Of a stretch of DNA of 35,480 nt, positions 1 through 8,666 are shown one piece after another. This DNA comes from Calditrichia bacterium. Lineage in GTDB: Bacteria; Calditrichota; Calditrichia; RBG-13-44-9; J075. Where the stretch lies: contig JBOEGD010000029.1 in assembly GCA_050633245.1 (NCBI GenBank), forward strand, positions 1-35,480, written 5' to 3'. A program made the translations under genes and the position numbers. The notes under the pieces are model-generated. The model was not told the DNA's origin and searched no databases. It saw nothing but the letters and a program-made list of their open reading frames with translations. How positions within the stretch are numbered: position 1 is the stretch's first letter; every line of letters begins with the position of its first letter.

Positions 1-20
1 GTTCTGTGTTCTGTGTTCTC
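1..20. repeat. Heptamer tandem repeat (GTTCTGT)n, truncated by the window edge
   Basis: GTTCTGT GTTCTGT GTTCTC directly abuts the stop codon of the SPOR gene. Confidence 0.6.
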
Positions 21-763
21 TAGGGTGTTATCTGCCGGATCCAGGCGTCCTTATACTGGCGCTGCTGCAGCAGTTTTTTAAAGTCTTCTGCAGCCAGGCG
101 AGTTGGAAATTTTCCGACATATACGCGCCAACGAAGTCCGTCTTCCACAATCATTACCGGCTGGCTTACTTCTTTTTCCAGCTCTTCCTTAATGTCATTC
201 GCTTTGCGAATCTCACTCGTTAAAAAGACCTGAATGGTGTAGTGAAGCTCTCCGGTGGGCTGTGTATAAAGCTTTTGTTTTTCGGTAATGGCTGCAATTT
301 CCGTTGAGCTTTTGGGTACTTCAATATCGGTCTCTACTACCCACGCACCGCTAACACCACCGTTACGCAACTTATCCAACATAATTTCAGCATCAACACG
401 CTTATCGAAATTCCCAACCTGAACCTTGTAAAGACCACTTGAGGAGCTAACAATATTTACATCACCAACGTTTAAGGCACGCATGCGACTGGCGGTTTCT
501 TCCGCCTTCTCGAGCTGGGCGCTGGCGAATACCTGACAGCGATAACCCTTTGCAGAGACATATGGTAGCGCTTCTATGCGGTCTGCGCGCTGCCCTTCGG
601 TTTTCAGCACTACAAATTCTTCAGCGTGAGCATTTACCAGCTGATCGAAAGACTTTTTTTCAAGACCTTCACGCAGTTCTGTTGGTAACTGAGCAACTAG
701 TGGTTGTGCTATAAAAGCCAATAGCACGAGCAGCAAAGGATATCGTCTCATTTTATATTCCAT
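20..763 (-). CDS. Exported protein with two SPOR (denuded peptidoglycan-binding) domains
   Basis: Signal peptide (MRRYPLLLVLLAFIAQPLVA). Two SPOR-like repeats: GYRCQVFA...YKVQVGNF..R.DAE..L..L...G..GAWVV and YTIQVF...WRVYVGKF.TR..AE.....L....YKDAWI. Start may be 751. Confidence 0.85.
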   Translation of the reverse strand: MEYKMRRYPLLLVLLAFIAQPLVAQLPTELREGLEKKSFDQLVNAHAEEFVVLKTEGQRADRIEALPYVSAKGYRCQVFASAQLEKAEETASRMRALNVGDVNIVSSSSGLYKVQVGNFDKRVDAEIMLDKLRNGGVSGAWVVETDIEVPKSSTEIAAITEKQKLYTQPTGELHYTIQVFLTSEIRKANDIKEELEKEVSQPVMIVEDGLRWRVYVGKFPTRLAAEDFKKLLQQRQYKDAWIRQITP

Positions 764-764
764 T

Positions 765-2015
765 CTAGCGATAGAGGCTTTTTAGAGAAAGATCGGGATA
801 ATAGAAACCAAGAATTTCGCTGTATTGCTTACGATCTACAGACATGCCGATTGCACCCCATTGACACATTCCTTTGCCGTGACCAAAGCCACCACCGGTA
901 ATATAGAGGCGTCGCGGATTTTCCTTCGACGCATTCATAAAGAAAAGATTACTCAGCAGCGGATCGCCCTTCTCATTTGCAAACAGGCGACGAATTTGGA
1001 AGCCGCTAATTGGGAAGCTTTCCTCATTAACGGTTACCGTCATTCCTGTAATCCAGCTGTCATCAATGCGCTTATCTACATTCATTGAGAGCGTATAACC
1101 GTTGTCGATCCAGTTTTTTATGCGCAGGGTATCTAGCTCAAGAGTTTTGCCCAGGTTACGCAGAATCGTATCCATATTCCGTTGCTCAGACCAGCGATAG
1201 TTCTTTAGACCGCGACAGTTTACATCCGTTCGAACAACCGGGTTGATCACTTCACCTGTATTTTTATCGCTGGGTAAAAGCATGCCGCCACAGTTGGAGT
1301 GATACTGTGTAATTGTTGGATTGTTGTTCTCGCTCAGAACCAGACCGCGAGTACCGCGAATCGCCTTATCGACCAGCTCGTTATCGGCTTTTGCCATTCC
1401 AAGGTAAACCTGGTCTTGCACCGTAGCGCGAATGTGGTAGTCGGGAGACACCGGTTTGTTCATACGAAAGAATGCGAAAGAGCGCGCGGTGATTGTCTGC
1501 GCATAGACAGCCTGAGCATACTCCGGCTGACCGCTGGGCATTTCAAATGGCACAACGCCGCGCAAATAGGTTTCAAGAGGCAGCTGATTGATTATTGTTA
1601 CGCGGTTATCTTTAAAAAGAATCTGTAGCTCACCGCTATATACGACATCGTTCCAAAGAAATTTACTGTCTTCAGCCTCGGGTTTAAAGACCAGCAGTTG
1701 GGGCTCAGAAATTTCGAGATAACGTCTTTCCCCCTGCATTACCAGGCGACCGCCGCGATAGCCGATTGTCATTTCCTTGATTGCCGGGTCGAAGCGATAG
1801 ACTGCCTCTTCCAGCTGCAGTTCATAATTGTCTTGAAAGGTAAGTCGGCCGGAGCGCAGTTTTTCCGCCAAGGCTACTTTAATAAGCGGCTCACCTGCAA
1901 TGCTTCCCTTGGAAGGTGACGAGGTGCGCGGCGTACAGGCCGCGAGTAGCGTGATCAATAAAATCATCAGACCAAATTTAAGGCCAGACCAATGCATGTA
2001 CTTGAGTCGATTCAT
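765..2015 (-). CDS. SpoIID/LytB domain lipoprotein (putative lytic transglycosylase)
   Basis: IN.LPLETYLRGVVPFEM (catalytic Glu), AQTITARSFA, DQVYLG, YHSNCGG, GFGHGKGMCQWGA, YSEILGFYYP. Lipobox LAAC. The track start (2096) is probably too long; ATG 2015 or later is preferred. Confidence 0.88.
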   Translation of the reverse strand: MNRLKYMHWSGLKFGLMILLITLLAACTPRTSSPSKGSIAGEPLIKVALAEKLRSGRLTFQDNYELQLEEAVYRFDPAIKEMTIGYRGGRLVMQGERRYLEISEPQLLVFKPEAEDSKFLWNDVVYSGELQILFKDNRVTIINQLPLETYLRGVVPFEMPSGQPEYAQAVYAQTITARSFAFFRMNKPVSPDYHIRATVQDQVYLGMAKADNELVDKAIRGTRGLVLSENNNPTITQYHSNCGGMLLPSDKNTGEVINPVVRTDVNCRGLKNYRWSEQRNMDTILRNLGKTLELDTLRIKNWIDNGYTLSMNVDKRIDDSWITGMTVTVNEESFPISGFQIRRLFANEKGDPLLSNLFFMNASKENPRRLYITGGGFGHGKGMCQWGAIGMSVDRKQYSEILGFYYPDLSLKSLYR

Positions 2016-2032
2016 AGGAGCTTTCAATAAGA

Positions 2033-2063
2033 TATCCTGACCCGCGCAAGGTGGATCAGGATA
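2033..2063 (-). other. Intergenic hairpin (possible weak terminator or mRNA processing/stabiliser element)
   Basis: TATCCTGA...TCAGGATA 8-bp arms plus an imperfect inner stem, lying between the OMP gene and the SpoIID-like gene. Confidence 0.35.
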
Positions 2064-2096
2064 ACAGTTTTTGTCGTAAGAAAGGAATGTCAGCAA

Positions 2097-2813
2097 TTAA
2101 AGAGCGAAGCCCAGCCCCATAATGCGAAGACCAACCTTAAAGCCATATCCGGAGACGTCAAGTGACTGCCAGATTGGCAAGCCATTTTCATTGCGTTCTC
2201 CATTACGGGTCGCATCGGCATCGTTATAAAAGCCGTCGAAGAAGACGTAGCCATATTCACTGATACGCACCTCCAGTCCCGCAGACATCTGCCAACCGAG
2301 TCCGTTAAAGAAACGCCGCCGTTCAATGTCTTCAATAAAGTTGTTTTCATTATTCCAAATGAAGTTCCAACCTAATCCACCGCCTGCACGGAAATAAAGC
2401 GGGCCTTCTACTTCGGCATCACCTAAGTCCAAACGATATTCGATCTTGAAAAGCACCGGTACAATAATCGTATTAAACTCAAGCTCGAGCTGCTTTACAT
2501 CAACAAGCGTGCCGTTGCCACCACTGTCGGTAGCAACCGTTGTTTCTTTACGAAATGTCGTTTTGAAGTAATTGACCTCAAAAGCCCAGAACAAACGGCT
2601 GTCCAACTGATGTCCTGTAGTGATACCAAATAGATTTCCGGAACCAGTATCCTCAGGATTGAATCCACCGAATTTAAACTCGGTAAAAGGCTTAAGATCT
2701 TTTCTACTTGTCTTCTTATTCTTCTTACCGTCCCACAACCAGTCCTGTGAAAAGCCCAGCTGGGTGAAGGCGAGAAACAGTACACAAACCAATGCGAATC
2801 GTTTCATCATCAA
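2097..2813 (-). CDS. Outer-membrane beta-barrel protein (small, OmpA-transmembrane-like)
   Basis: Signal peptide; alternating amphipathic strands (FWAFEVNYF, IVPVLFKIEYR, LYFRAGGGLGW, GWQMSAGLEV, GYGFKVGLRI); GGAGG SD at 2821-2825; start is TTG 2813 or ATG 2810. Confidence 0.7.
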   Translation of the reverse strand: MMMKRFALVCVLFLAFTQLGFSQDWLWDGKKNKKTSRKDLKPFTEFKFGGFNPEDTGSGNLFGITTGHQLDSRLFWAFEVNYFKTTFRKETTVATDSGGNGTLVDVKQLELEFNTIIVPVLFKIEYRLDLGDAEVEGPLYFRAGGGLGWNFIWNNENNFIEDIERRRFFNGLGWQMSAGLEVRISEYGYVFFDGFYNDADATRNGERNENGLPIWQSLDVSGYGFKVGLRIMGLGFAL

Positions 2814-2945
2814 AAGTAAACCTCCAATGTGTTACCTGATAGACGAATATAGGAATTCATTTACGCAAATCAAACTTGAAAACGCTTAATAATCACGATT
2901 GTTCCAACGGGTAAGTACGTTGTACAAGAAAGAGTTAGCCGGAGA

Positions 2946-3037
2946 AATTGAGCATTGAACATTGACCATTGAACATTGGCCATTGAACAATCGACCAATT
3001 ATCATTGAGCAATTATCATTGAGCAATGGACAATTAT
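2946..3037. repeat. Degenerate 7-bp-period tandem repeat tract (~13 units; CATTGAA/CATTGAC/CATTGAG/CAATTAT)
   Basis: AATTGAG CATTGAA CATTGAC CATTGAA CATTGGC CATTGAA CAATCGA(C) CAATTAT CATTGAG CAATTAT CATTGAG CAATGGA CAATTAT, starting at the ilvE stop codon. Confidence 0.85.
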
Positions 3038-4062
3038 CAATCAATCTCCGTAATCCAACCGTATGGATCTTCATCGCGCTCAAGCTGAATTCCGGTAATC
3101 TTATCGTAAACACGATGAGAAAGCGCGAAGTCCGTTCCTGAGAAATCGTATTCTTCACCTTTCCACAAGATTTTGTTCACGGAGGTGACAATCGCGCCCG
3201 TTCCGCAGACAAAACATTCTTTCGCATCCTTGCAGAGTTCATCAATGCTTAGGGGACGTTCTTCAACCTTTAGACCGAACATGTCCCGAGCAACGCGAAT
3301 AATTGAATCACGCGTGATTCCGGGAAGAATCGATTTTACTTCCGGGGTAACCAAGGTATTGTCCTTCATCAGAACAAACACATTGGCAGCGCCAGCCTCT
3401 TCTACATAGGAGTTATGCACAGTATCCAAAAATAAAGCGCCATCATAACCGTGCTCAATCGCCTGCTGGCGTGGCGGCATCGTGGCGGCATAATTACTGA
3501 CAGCCTTGGCACTGCCAATTCCATTCGCAGCAGCGCGATGCATATCGGTAACCATCAAAGACACGACTCCAACCTTGTCGAAATACGGCCCAACAGGACT
3601 TCCATAAATATAGAACAGATACTCTTTTGCAGCCTTTACACCTAACATCGCTTCAGTTCCGATTGCGACCGGCCGCAAATAAAAGCTGTATTTGCCACCA
3701 TCACTGTCCGGGATATAATCCACGTTGGCAAGAACCGTTTTCCACACTGCATCCATAAATTTTTGTTCATTTACGACAGCCATTGCCAGCATAGCTCCGC
3801 TTCGCGCAAACCTGGCAGCATTCTCTTCCGGCCGAAACATAACAATGCGTTCCTTTACGCTACGATAGGCCTTCATACCTTCAAATATCCCCTGCCCATA
3901 ATTCAATATGTTGGCTGCTGGCGATAATGCAATAGGACGAAACGGCACCAGCTCTCCGGAGTCCCATTGCCCATCTTTATACCAGCTCTCAAACATCTTT
4001 GTCTCTTCCGAGAGGTGGTTTAAAGAGAACGTCAGTTTACCAAAATCTTTCTTTCCTGTCAT
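3037..4062 (-). CDS. ilvE: Branched-chain amino acid aminotransferase (PLP fold type IV)
   Basis: LNYGQGIFEGMKAYR, FRPEENAARF, YLRP, AKAVSNY (PLP Lys), EEAGAANVF, ILPGITRDS, ECFVCGTGA; AGGAGG SD. Confidence 0.93.
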   Translation of the reverse strand: MTGKKDFGKLTFSLNHLSEETKMFESWYKDGQWDSGELVPFRPIALSPAANILNYGQGIFEGMKAYRSVKERIVMFRPEENAARFARSGAMLAMAVVNEQKFMDAVWKTVLANVDYIPDSDGGKYSFYLRPVAIGTEAMLGVKAAKEYLFYIYGSPVGPYFDKVGVVSLMVTDMHRAAANGIGSAKAVSNYAATMPPRQQAIEHGYDGALFLDTVHNSYVEEAGAANVFVLMKDNTLVTPEVKSILPGITRDSIIRVARDMFGLKVEERPLSIDELCKDAKECFVCGTGAIVTSVNKILWKGEEYDFSGTDFALSHRVYDKITGIQLERDEDPYGWITEID

Positions 4063-4275
4063 GTTTCCTCCTGAGCAGATCTATTTCAAGCTGAGCACCA
4101 ATGGGTACATTTCACCAAATTATTAATGAATTCAATATAATCTTCACCATGCTGCCAAATAAAACGATTTTTCATTTTACAAGATAGATTATTTTTTGTA
4201 TGATTTCCTGCACCACCATCTCAATGAAACGAATTAAATTTACAGCACACATACATTGTCACTACCTTGAATAGC

Positions 4276-4299
4276 ACAGACGCTCAATTGTGCGTCTGT
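4276..4299. repeat. 24-bp near-perfect palindrome (REP-like or operator)
   Basis: ACAGACGC-T-CAATTG-T-GCGTCTGT, just upstream of the GT39 start. Confidence 0.45.
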
Positions 4300-4315
4300 A
4301 AAAACATTGGATTAC

Positions 4316-5887
4316 ATGAAAAAACTACTGCGCTATCTGCTATCCAGAGATTATTTGTTTACAGATAGCGCTATTCTGCTCTATTTAGCGCTTACCAAAC
4401 TTCTCCTGCATCTTCTGGTCAGCACCAACTTTGGAATTCACCGAGATGAATTTCTATATCTGGCAATGGGTGATCATTTGGACTGGGGATTCCGCAAAAC
4501 TCCACCGGCAATTGCGGTATGGGGGAATTGGCTGACTTCTGTTTTTGGCAATACTGTTTTTGCAGTGCGTTTCTTGCCTGCGATGCTTGGCAGTATGATG
4601 GTTCTGCTGGTCGGAGGCATGACGCGCCAAATGGGTGGTGGACGTTTTGCAATGGCGATCAGCGGAATTGCAGTAATTATCGCTCCGCTTTTTTTACGCT
4701 CAGGGACCCTTTTTCAGCCGGTTATTTTCAATCAGTTTTATTGGACACTCGCTTCTTTTCTATTCGTAAACATTGCTCTTCAAAAAAGGAAATGGGCCTG
4801 GTGGATTTCACTGGGTGCAGTCTGTGGTATGGCTCTCCTCAACAAATACACCATGCTACTCTGGGGCAGTGGACTTGCAATTGGCCTGCTGTTTAGTGAA
4901 CAGCGCAAACAGCTGCTGACACCTTGGCCATGGATTGCACTCGCAATCGCCGGCATTATTCTTTTCCCCAATATCCAGTGGCAGCAAGCCAACAATTGGC
5001 CTCTCTTTGAGCATCTACATCAATTGCGCACCAACCAGCTAATTCATGTCTCAAAAACCGGGTTCATCATCGACCAAATTCTTATGCTGCAACCGGCAAC
5101 CTTGTTTATTTGGCCATGTGGAATCGTGTTCTTCCTCTACAGCAAAGCCGGAAAACCGTTCAGAGCACTGGGTTGGGTTTACGTCTTTTCATTCATTACG
5201 ATTCTCTATCTTCAGGGAAAAGCATATTATCTGGGACCGGCTTATCCTGCACTATTTGCCGGAGGCGCAATTTATGTCGAACGCTTTATTCTTGCAAAAC
5301 GCATGTATTGGTTAAAGCCGGTTGCCGTTACCTATCTGCTGCTATCCGGTGTCATTTTTTCCCCTTATGGCGCCCCGGTTCTGCCGGTTCGCTATATGGA
5401 ATTTTATTGCCATTTTATGGCTGAGAATGTTGGTCTCGACGGACCATTAAAAAATGAAACCGGAAAGTTGGGAACGCTGCCCCAGGATTATGCAGATATG
5501 CACGGTTGGAAAAATCAGGTGAATACGGTTGCAAGAGTGTTCAATGAACTTACTCCGGAAGAACAGGAGCAGTGCGTTATTTGGGCAGGGAATTATGGAC
5601 AGGCCGGGGCACTCGATCTTTATGGACCGGCGCAGGGCCTACCAGCTCCCATTTCACTAAACAGCAGCTACTACCACTGGGGCCCCGGTGAAAAACCGGG
5701 GAATGTGGTCATAACTATTGGCATTCCATTTGACGAGCTGAAGAAGCATTTTGTCAAGATTCGGCGCAGAGCCGTGGTAAATCATCGCTACGCGATATAC
5801 TACGAAAAGGATTTACCGATATTTGTCTGCTGGACCCCGGAGACGCCACTACAGGAACTATGGCCCACCTTAAAGTCATATCAATGA
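4316..5887 (+). CDS. Glycosyltransferase family 39 / ArnT-PMT-like integral membrane glycosyltransferase
   Basis: HRDEFLYL..G.HLDWG...PP, many TM helices, G.ALLNKYT, PN..WQ..N.WP, GKAYY, NYGQAGA. ATG 4316 preferred over TTG 4307. Confidence 0.85.
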   Translation: MKKLLRYLLSRDYLFTDSAILLYLALTKLLLHLLVSTNFGIHRDEFLYLAMGDHLDWGFRKTPPAIAVWGNWLTSVFGNTVFAVRFLPAMLGSMMVLLVGGMTRQMGGGRFAMAISGIAVIIAPLFLRSGTLFQPVIFNQFYWTLASFLFVNIALQKRKWAWWISLGAVCGMALLNKYTMLLWGSGLAIGLLFSEQRKQLLTPWPWIALAIAGIILFPNIQWQQANNWPLFEHLHQLRTNQLIHVSKTGFIIDQILMLQPATLFIWPCGIVFFLYSKAGKPFRALGWVYVFSFITILYLQGKAYYLGPAYPALFAGGAIYVERFILAKRMYWLKPVAVTYLLLSGVIFSPYGAPVLPVRYMEFYCHFMAENVGLDGPLKNETGKLGTLPQDYADMHGWKNQVNTVARVFNELTPEEQEQCVIWAGNYGQAGALDLYGPAQGLPAPISLNSSYYHWGPGEKPGNVVITIGIPFDELKKHFVKIRRRAVVNHRYAIYYEKDLPIFVCWTPETPLQELWPTLKSYQ

Positions 5888-7605
5888 CGACGCTTATTCA
5901 CAAAAGCCAACACCTCATCTGCACTGTAGGTATTCAGGACCTGCTCTTTGCTTAACCAGCCCTTGCGCGCCATACCAATTCCATACTGCATATCACTGAA
6001 TCCCGCCACCCGATGAGAGTCCGGGTTTACTGACATCATCACGCCTTTTTCGATCGCATATTGACAATAGCGCCAATCCATATCCAATCGATGTGGGTTC
6101 GCATTAATTTCGATTGAAACGCCCAACTCACCAGCTGCGTCAATAACCGCACGCTGATCCAGCGGATAGCCTTCACGAGAAAGCAATAAACGCCCGGTTA
6201 GATGGCCTAAAATATTGACATAAGGATTTTCCAATGCGCGGATAACCCGATCTGTTGCTTCTTTCTCGGTCATGCCAAACTTACTGTGAATACTTGCAAT
6301 CACCACCTCAAAACTTGCGAGTACCTCATCGCTGTAGTCCATTCTCCCGTCGGCTAGAATATCGCACTCGATACCCTTTAAAATTCGGAATCCATCTAAA
6401 CGACTGTTCACTTCGTCTATCTCAGCATGCTGTTTAATAATGCGCTCTTCACTGAGCCCATTTGCATAGGCTGCGGACTTGGAGTGGTCGCTAATAACAA
6501 TATATTCATATCCGGCAGACTGACAACCACGTGCCATTTCCTCAACGGTATTCGCACCATCGCTGTAGGTGGTGTGCGTATGGATGATGCCCCTTATGTC
6601 AGATCCTTTTACCAGCTTTGGCAATCGCTTCTCTGCTGCGGCTTCTATCTCGCCAAAGTTTTCACGAAGTTCCGGCGAAATAAAATCCAGCCCAAGATGT
6701 GTAAACAATTCTTTTTCATCTTCGCATTTAATAAGCTCTTCACCGCGAAAGAGGCCATATTCACTAACCTTCATTCCCATCGAAATTGCGCGCTGTCGCA
6801 GCGCAACATTGTGTTCTTTTGAACCCGTAAAGTGATGAAGCGTATTAGGAAACTGCTCGTCAGAAACGATACGCAAGTCGGCATTAATACCGCTTTTCAG
6901 TACAATACTCGATTTTGTTTCTCCCTGGCCAACAATCGATTCGACATTGGGAAGAGACGTGAACAATTGCATAATATTCACGCGGTCTACTTTTTCCGCA
7001 CTCACTACAATGTCGATGTCTTTTACAACTTCCTTACTACGCCGCAGACTACCGGCAACCTCGGCACGCATAACACCGGGGAAAGCCTGAATGGACGCCA
7101 GTAAGTCTTCTCCGGCAGGTTTCGCTTCCGATAATAAGAAGCTGTCCTTAAACTTTCGCAGTAGTTCAATATTGCGCAGAATCTTTTCCTGCGTTTTCTT
7201 ACCGAAGCCTTTCATATCAGAAAGTTTGTCTTCTTTACAGGCGGCCTCAAGTGCATCTACCGAGGTAATTCCCTGTTGTTGCCATATCGCCTTAATCTTC
7301 TTGGGCCCCATTCCGGATATACCGGTCATTTCCATTACCCCTTCAGGAATAGACGCCTTAAGTTCTTCGTATTCCTCAAGCACTTCGTCATTGAGCAACA
7401 GCGTTATTTTGTCCGTCATTCCCTTTCCGATGCCTTTGATATTAGTGATCTCACCTGACTCCACCAGCTCAGCAATACTTGCCGTTAAGCCTTCCAAAAT
7501 TCTGGCGGCATTTTCATGGGCGCGCACTTTGAATGGATTGCTGCCTGATATTTCCATCATGACGGCCATCTTTTTTAATGTGGCTGAGATTTGTTTTTTA
7601 TCCAT
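5881..7605 (-). CDS. polX: DNA polymerase X family / PHP 3'-5' exonuclease
   Basis: NPFKVRAH, HhH motifs (IKGIGKG, GMGPKK, GFGKKT), AGSLRR.KE.VKDID and ADLR (intact Asp triad), HFTGSKEHN, PHP motifs HTHTTYSDG, SDHS, GHLTGR, EINA.PHRLD, NPDSH. Start at MDKKQ (7605). Confidence 0.93.
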   Translation of the reverse strand: MDKKQISATLKKMAVMMEISGSNPFKVRAHENAARILEGLTASIAELVESGEITNIKGIGKGMTDKITLLLNDEVLEEYEELKASIPEGVMEMTGISGMGPKKIKAIWQQQGITSVDALEAACKEDKLSDMKGFGKKTQEKILRNIELLRKFKDSFLLSEAKPAGEDLLASIQAFPGVMRAEVAGSLRRSKEVVKDIDIVVSAEKVDRVNIMQLFTSLPNVESIVGQGETKSSIVLKSGINADLRIVSDEQFPNTLHHFTGSKEHNVALRQRAISMGMKVSEYGLFRGEELIKCEDEKELFTHLGLDFISPELRENFGEIEAAAEKRLPKLVKGSDIRGIIHTHTTYSDGANTVEEMARGCQSAGYEYIVISDHSKSAAYANGLSEERIIKQHAEIDEVNSRLDGFRILKGIECDILADGRMDYSDEVLASFEVVIASIHSKFGMTEKEATDRVIRALENPYVNILGHLTGRLLLSREGYPLDQRAVIDAAGELGVSIEINANPHRLDMDWRYCQYAIEKGVMMSVNPDSHRVAGFSDMQYGIGMARKGWLSKEQVLNTYSADEVLAFVNKRRH

Positions 7606-7660
7606 TGAATGTACTCGGGTTTGATTATTCAAGATGATTATTGCAGAGCTCAAAATTTAG

Positions 7661-7757
7661 GCACATCACCGGGGAGATTATGGGGCGATTCCGGGCGAGA
7701 AGCCCTTCCCCCCGGCAATGTGCACAGATCGGACTTCATACCTGAAGCCAGACCTGT
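7661..7757 (-). ncRNA. Candidate structured RNA (two adjacent long helices) upstream of polX
   Basis: Minus-strand 16-bp stem 7708-7723/7661-7676 with 3 G-U pairs, enclosing a GGGC-UUCUC-GCCC hairpin. Directly adjacent 14-bp hairpin 7724-7757 with 2 G-U pairs and one U-C mismatch. No family recognised. Confidence 0.4.
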
Positions 7758-7783
7758 CTCTTACATATCAAACTGAATTTAAT

Positions 7784-7837
7784 GCCCGCGTAGGCATAAC
7801 GCAATCTCATTCATTGCGATTATGCGCGGTAGCGGGC
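7784..7837. repeat. Imperfect long palindrome (REP-like hairpin)
   Basis: GCCCGC/GCGGGC, GCATAA/TTATGC and CGCAAT/ATTGCG nested arms. Confidence 0.5.
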
Positions 7838-7870
7838 TAAAATTAGTCTTCAAAGAAACGTAAAACACAA

Positions 7871-8452
7871 CTATTTCTTAATAGAGCGGAACATCTGTAG
7901 TGGAGGGATATTGCGATATTCGGTTTCACTGAGAATCATTGTAAAGTGTCGCTCCAGATAAGCCAATTGATTACTGCGAGGCAACCAGAACATCTGCAGC
8001 GTAAAAAAGGAGCTGTTCGGTTTAAGGAGCGTATGTGAATCCGCCACCACTTTATTTCGTTCTGCTGGTTTCAACCAAAAAAACGGAATGCTGCAAATAA
8101 TACTATCAACCTTCAAAACGCCATTATTGGCTAACAGCTTTGGTGCATCGACAGCCGACCCCTGAATAATGGAAACGCGCGGATCAGTAATCTCGTGGCG
8201 CAGTTCAGCAACCAGTTCAGGGTTAATTTCAATGAGAATTAAGCGGGCATCCGAACGCATCTTCTTCAAAATGTATTTGGTAATGGCTCCATTACCGGCG
8301 CCATACTCAATCAATACTTCGGAACTTTTGAAATCAATATATTTACAGATTCGGTTTGCAACGAACGGCGAGCTCGGTGTAAACGCCGCTGTCGTCTTAA
8401 TACTTTTCAACTTTTCTCGCACGCGAGCCTGGGGGGAAACTTGTTTCGTCAT
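7871..8452 (-). CDS. Class I SAM-dependent methyltransferase (phospholipid N-methyltransferase PmtA-like)
   Basis: TAAFTPSS..VA..I, motif I VLIEYGAGNGAIT, LILIEIN, IQGSA, DSIICSIPF, RNIPP. Confidence 0.75.
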   Translation of the reverse strand: MTKQVSPQARVREKLKSIKTTAAFTPSSPFVANRICKYIDFKSSEVLIEYGAGNGAITKYILKKMRSDARLILIEINPELVAELRHEITDPRVSIIQGSAVDAPKLLANNGVLKVDSIICSIPFFWLKPAERNKVVADSHTLLKPNSSFFTLQMFWLPRSNQLAYLERHFTMILSETEYRNIPPLQMFRSIKK

Positions 8453-8666
8453 CAACTTATTTCTCGGTCATTTATTACGGGTTATCATTTGCCCACCAAC
8501 TTCATGATGTTGTGCGCACAAAACAGAACTACACAGCAAGAAGAGTAAAAGCAGAGGTGCATAAACTGTTCTTAGCAGAAACATCGATTCCTTGTGGTAA
8601 AGTTCTAAATTTTAGGAAGATAGTATAATGGCGGCATTTCTACAAGAGCAAGACATTCTTGCGAGA

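Noticed and set aside
2946-3037. Possible CRISPR array
   Set aside because: The units are contiguous 7-mers with no unique spacers, and there are no cas genes in the window.
2886-3158. 90-aa minus-strand ORF with QCSM/NCSM repeats
   Set aside because: It is a translation of the heptamer tract and overlaps ilvE out of frame, so it is not a credible protein.
7091-7624. 177-aa Ser-rich plus-strand ORF
   Set aside because: Antisense shadow of polX.
7661-7757. Assignment to a known riboswitch (yybP-ykoY, cobalamin), tRNA-Sec, SRP RNA or HDV-like ribozyme
   Set aside because: I could not match the diagnostic conserved nucleotides by eye, so it is left as an unassigned structured RNA.
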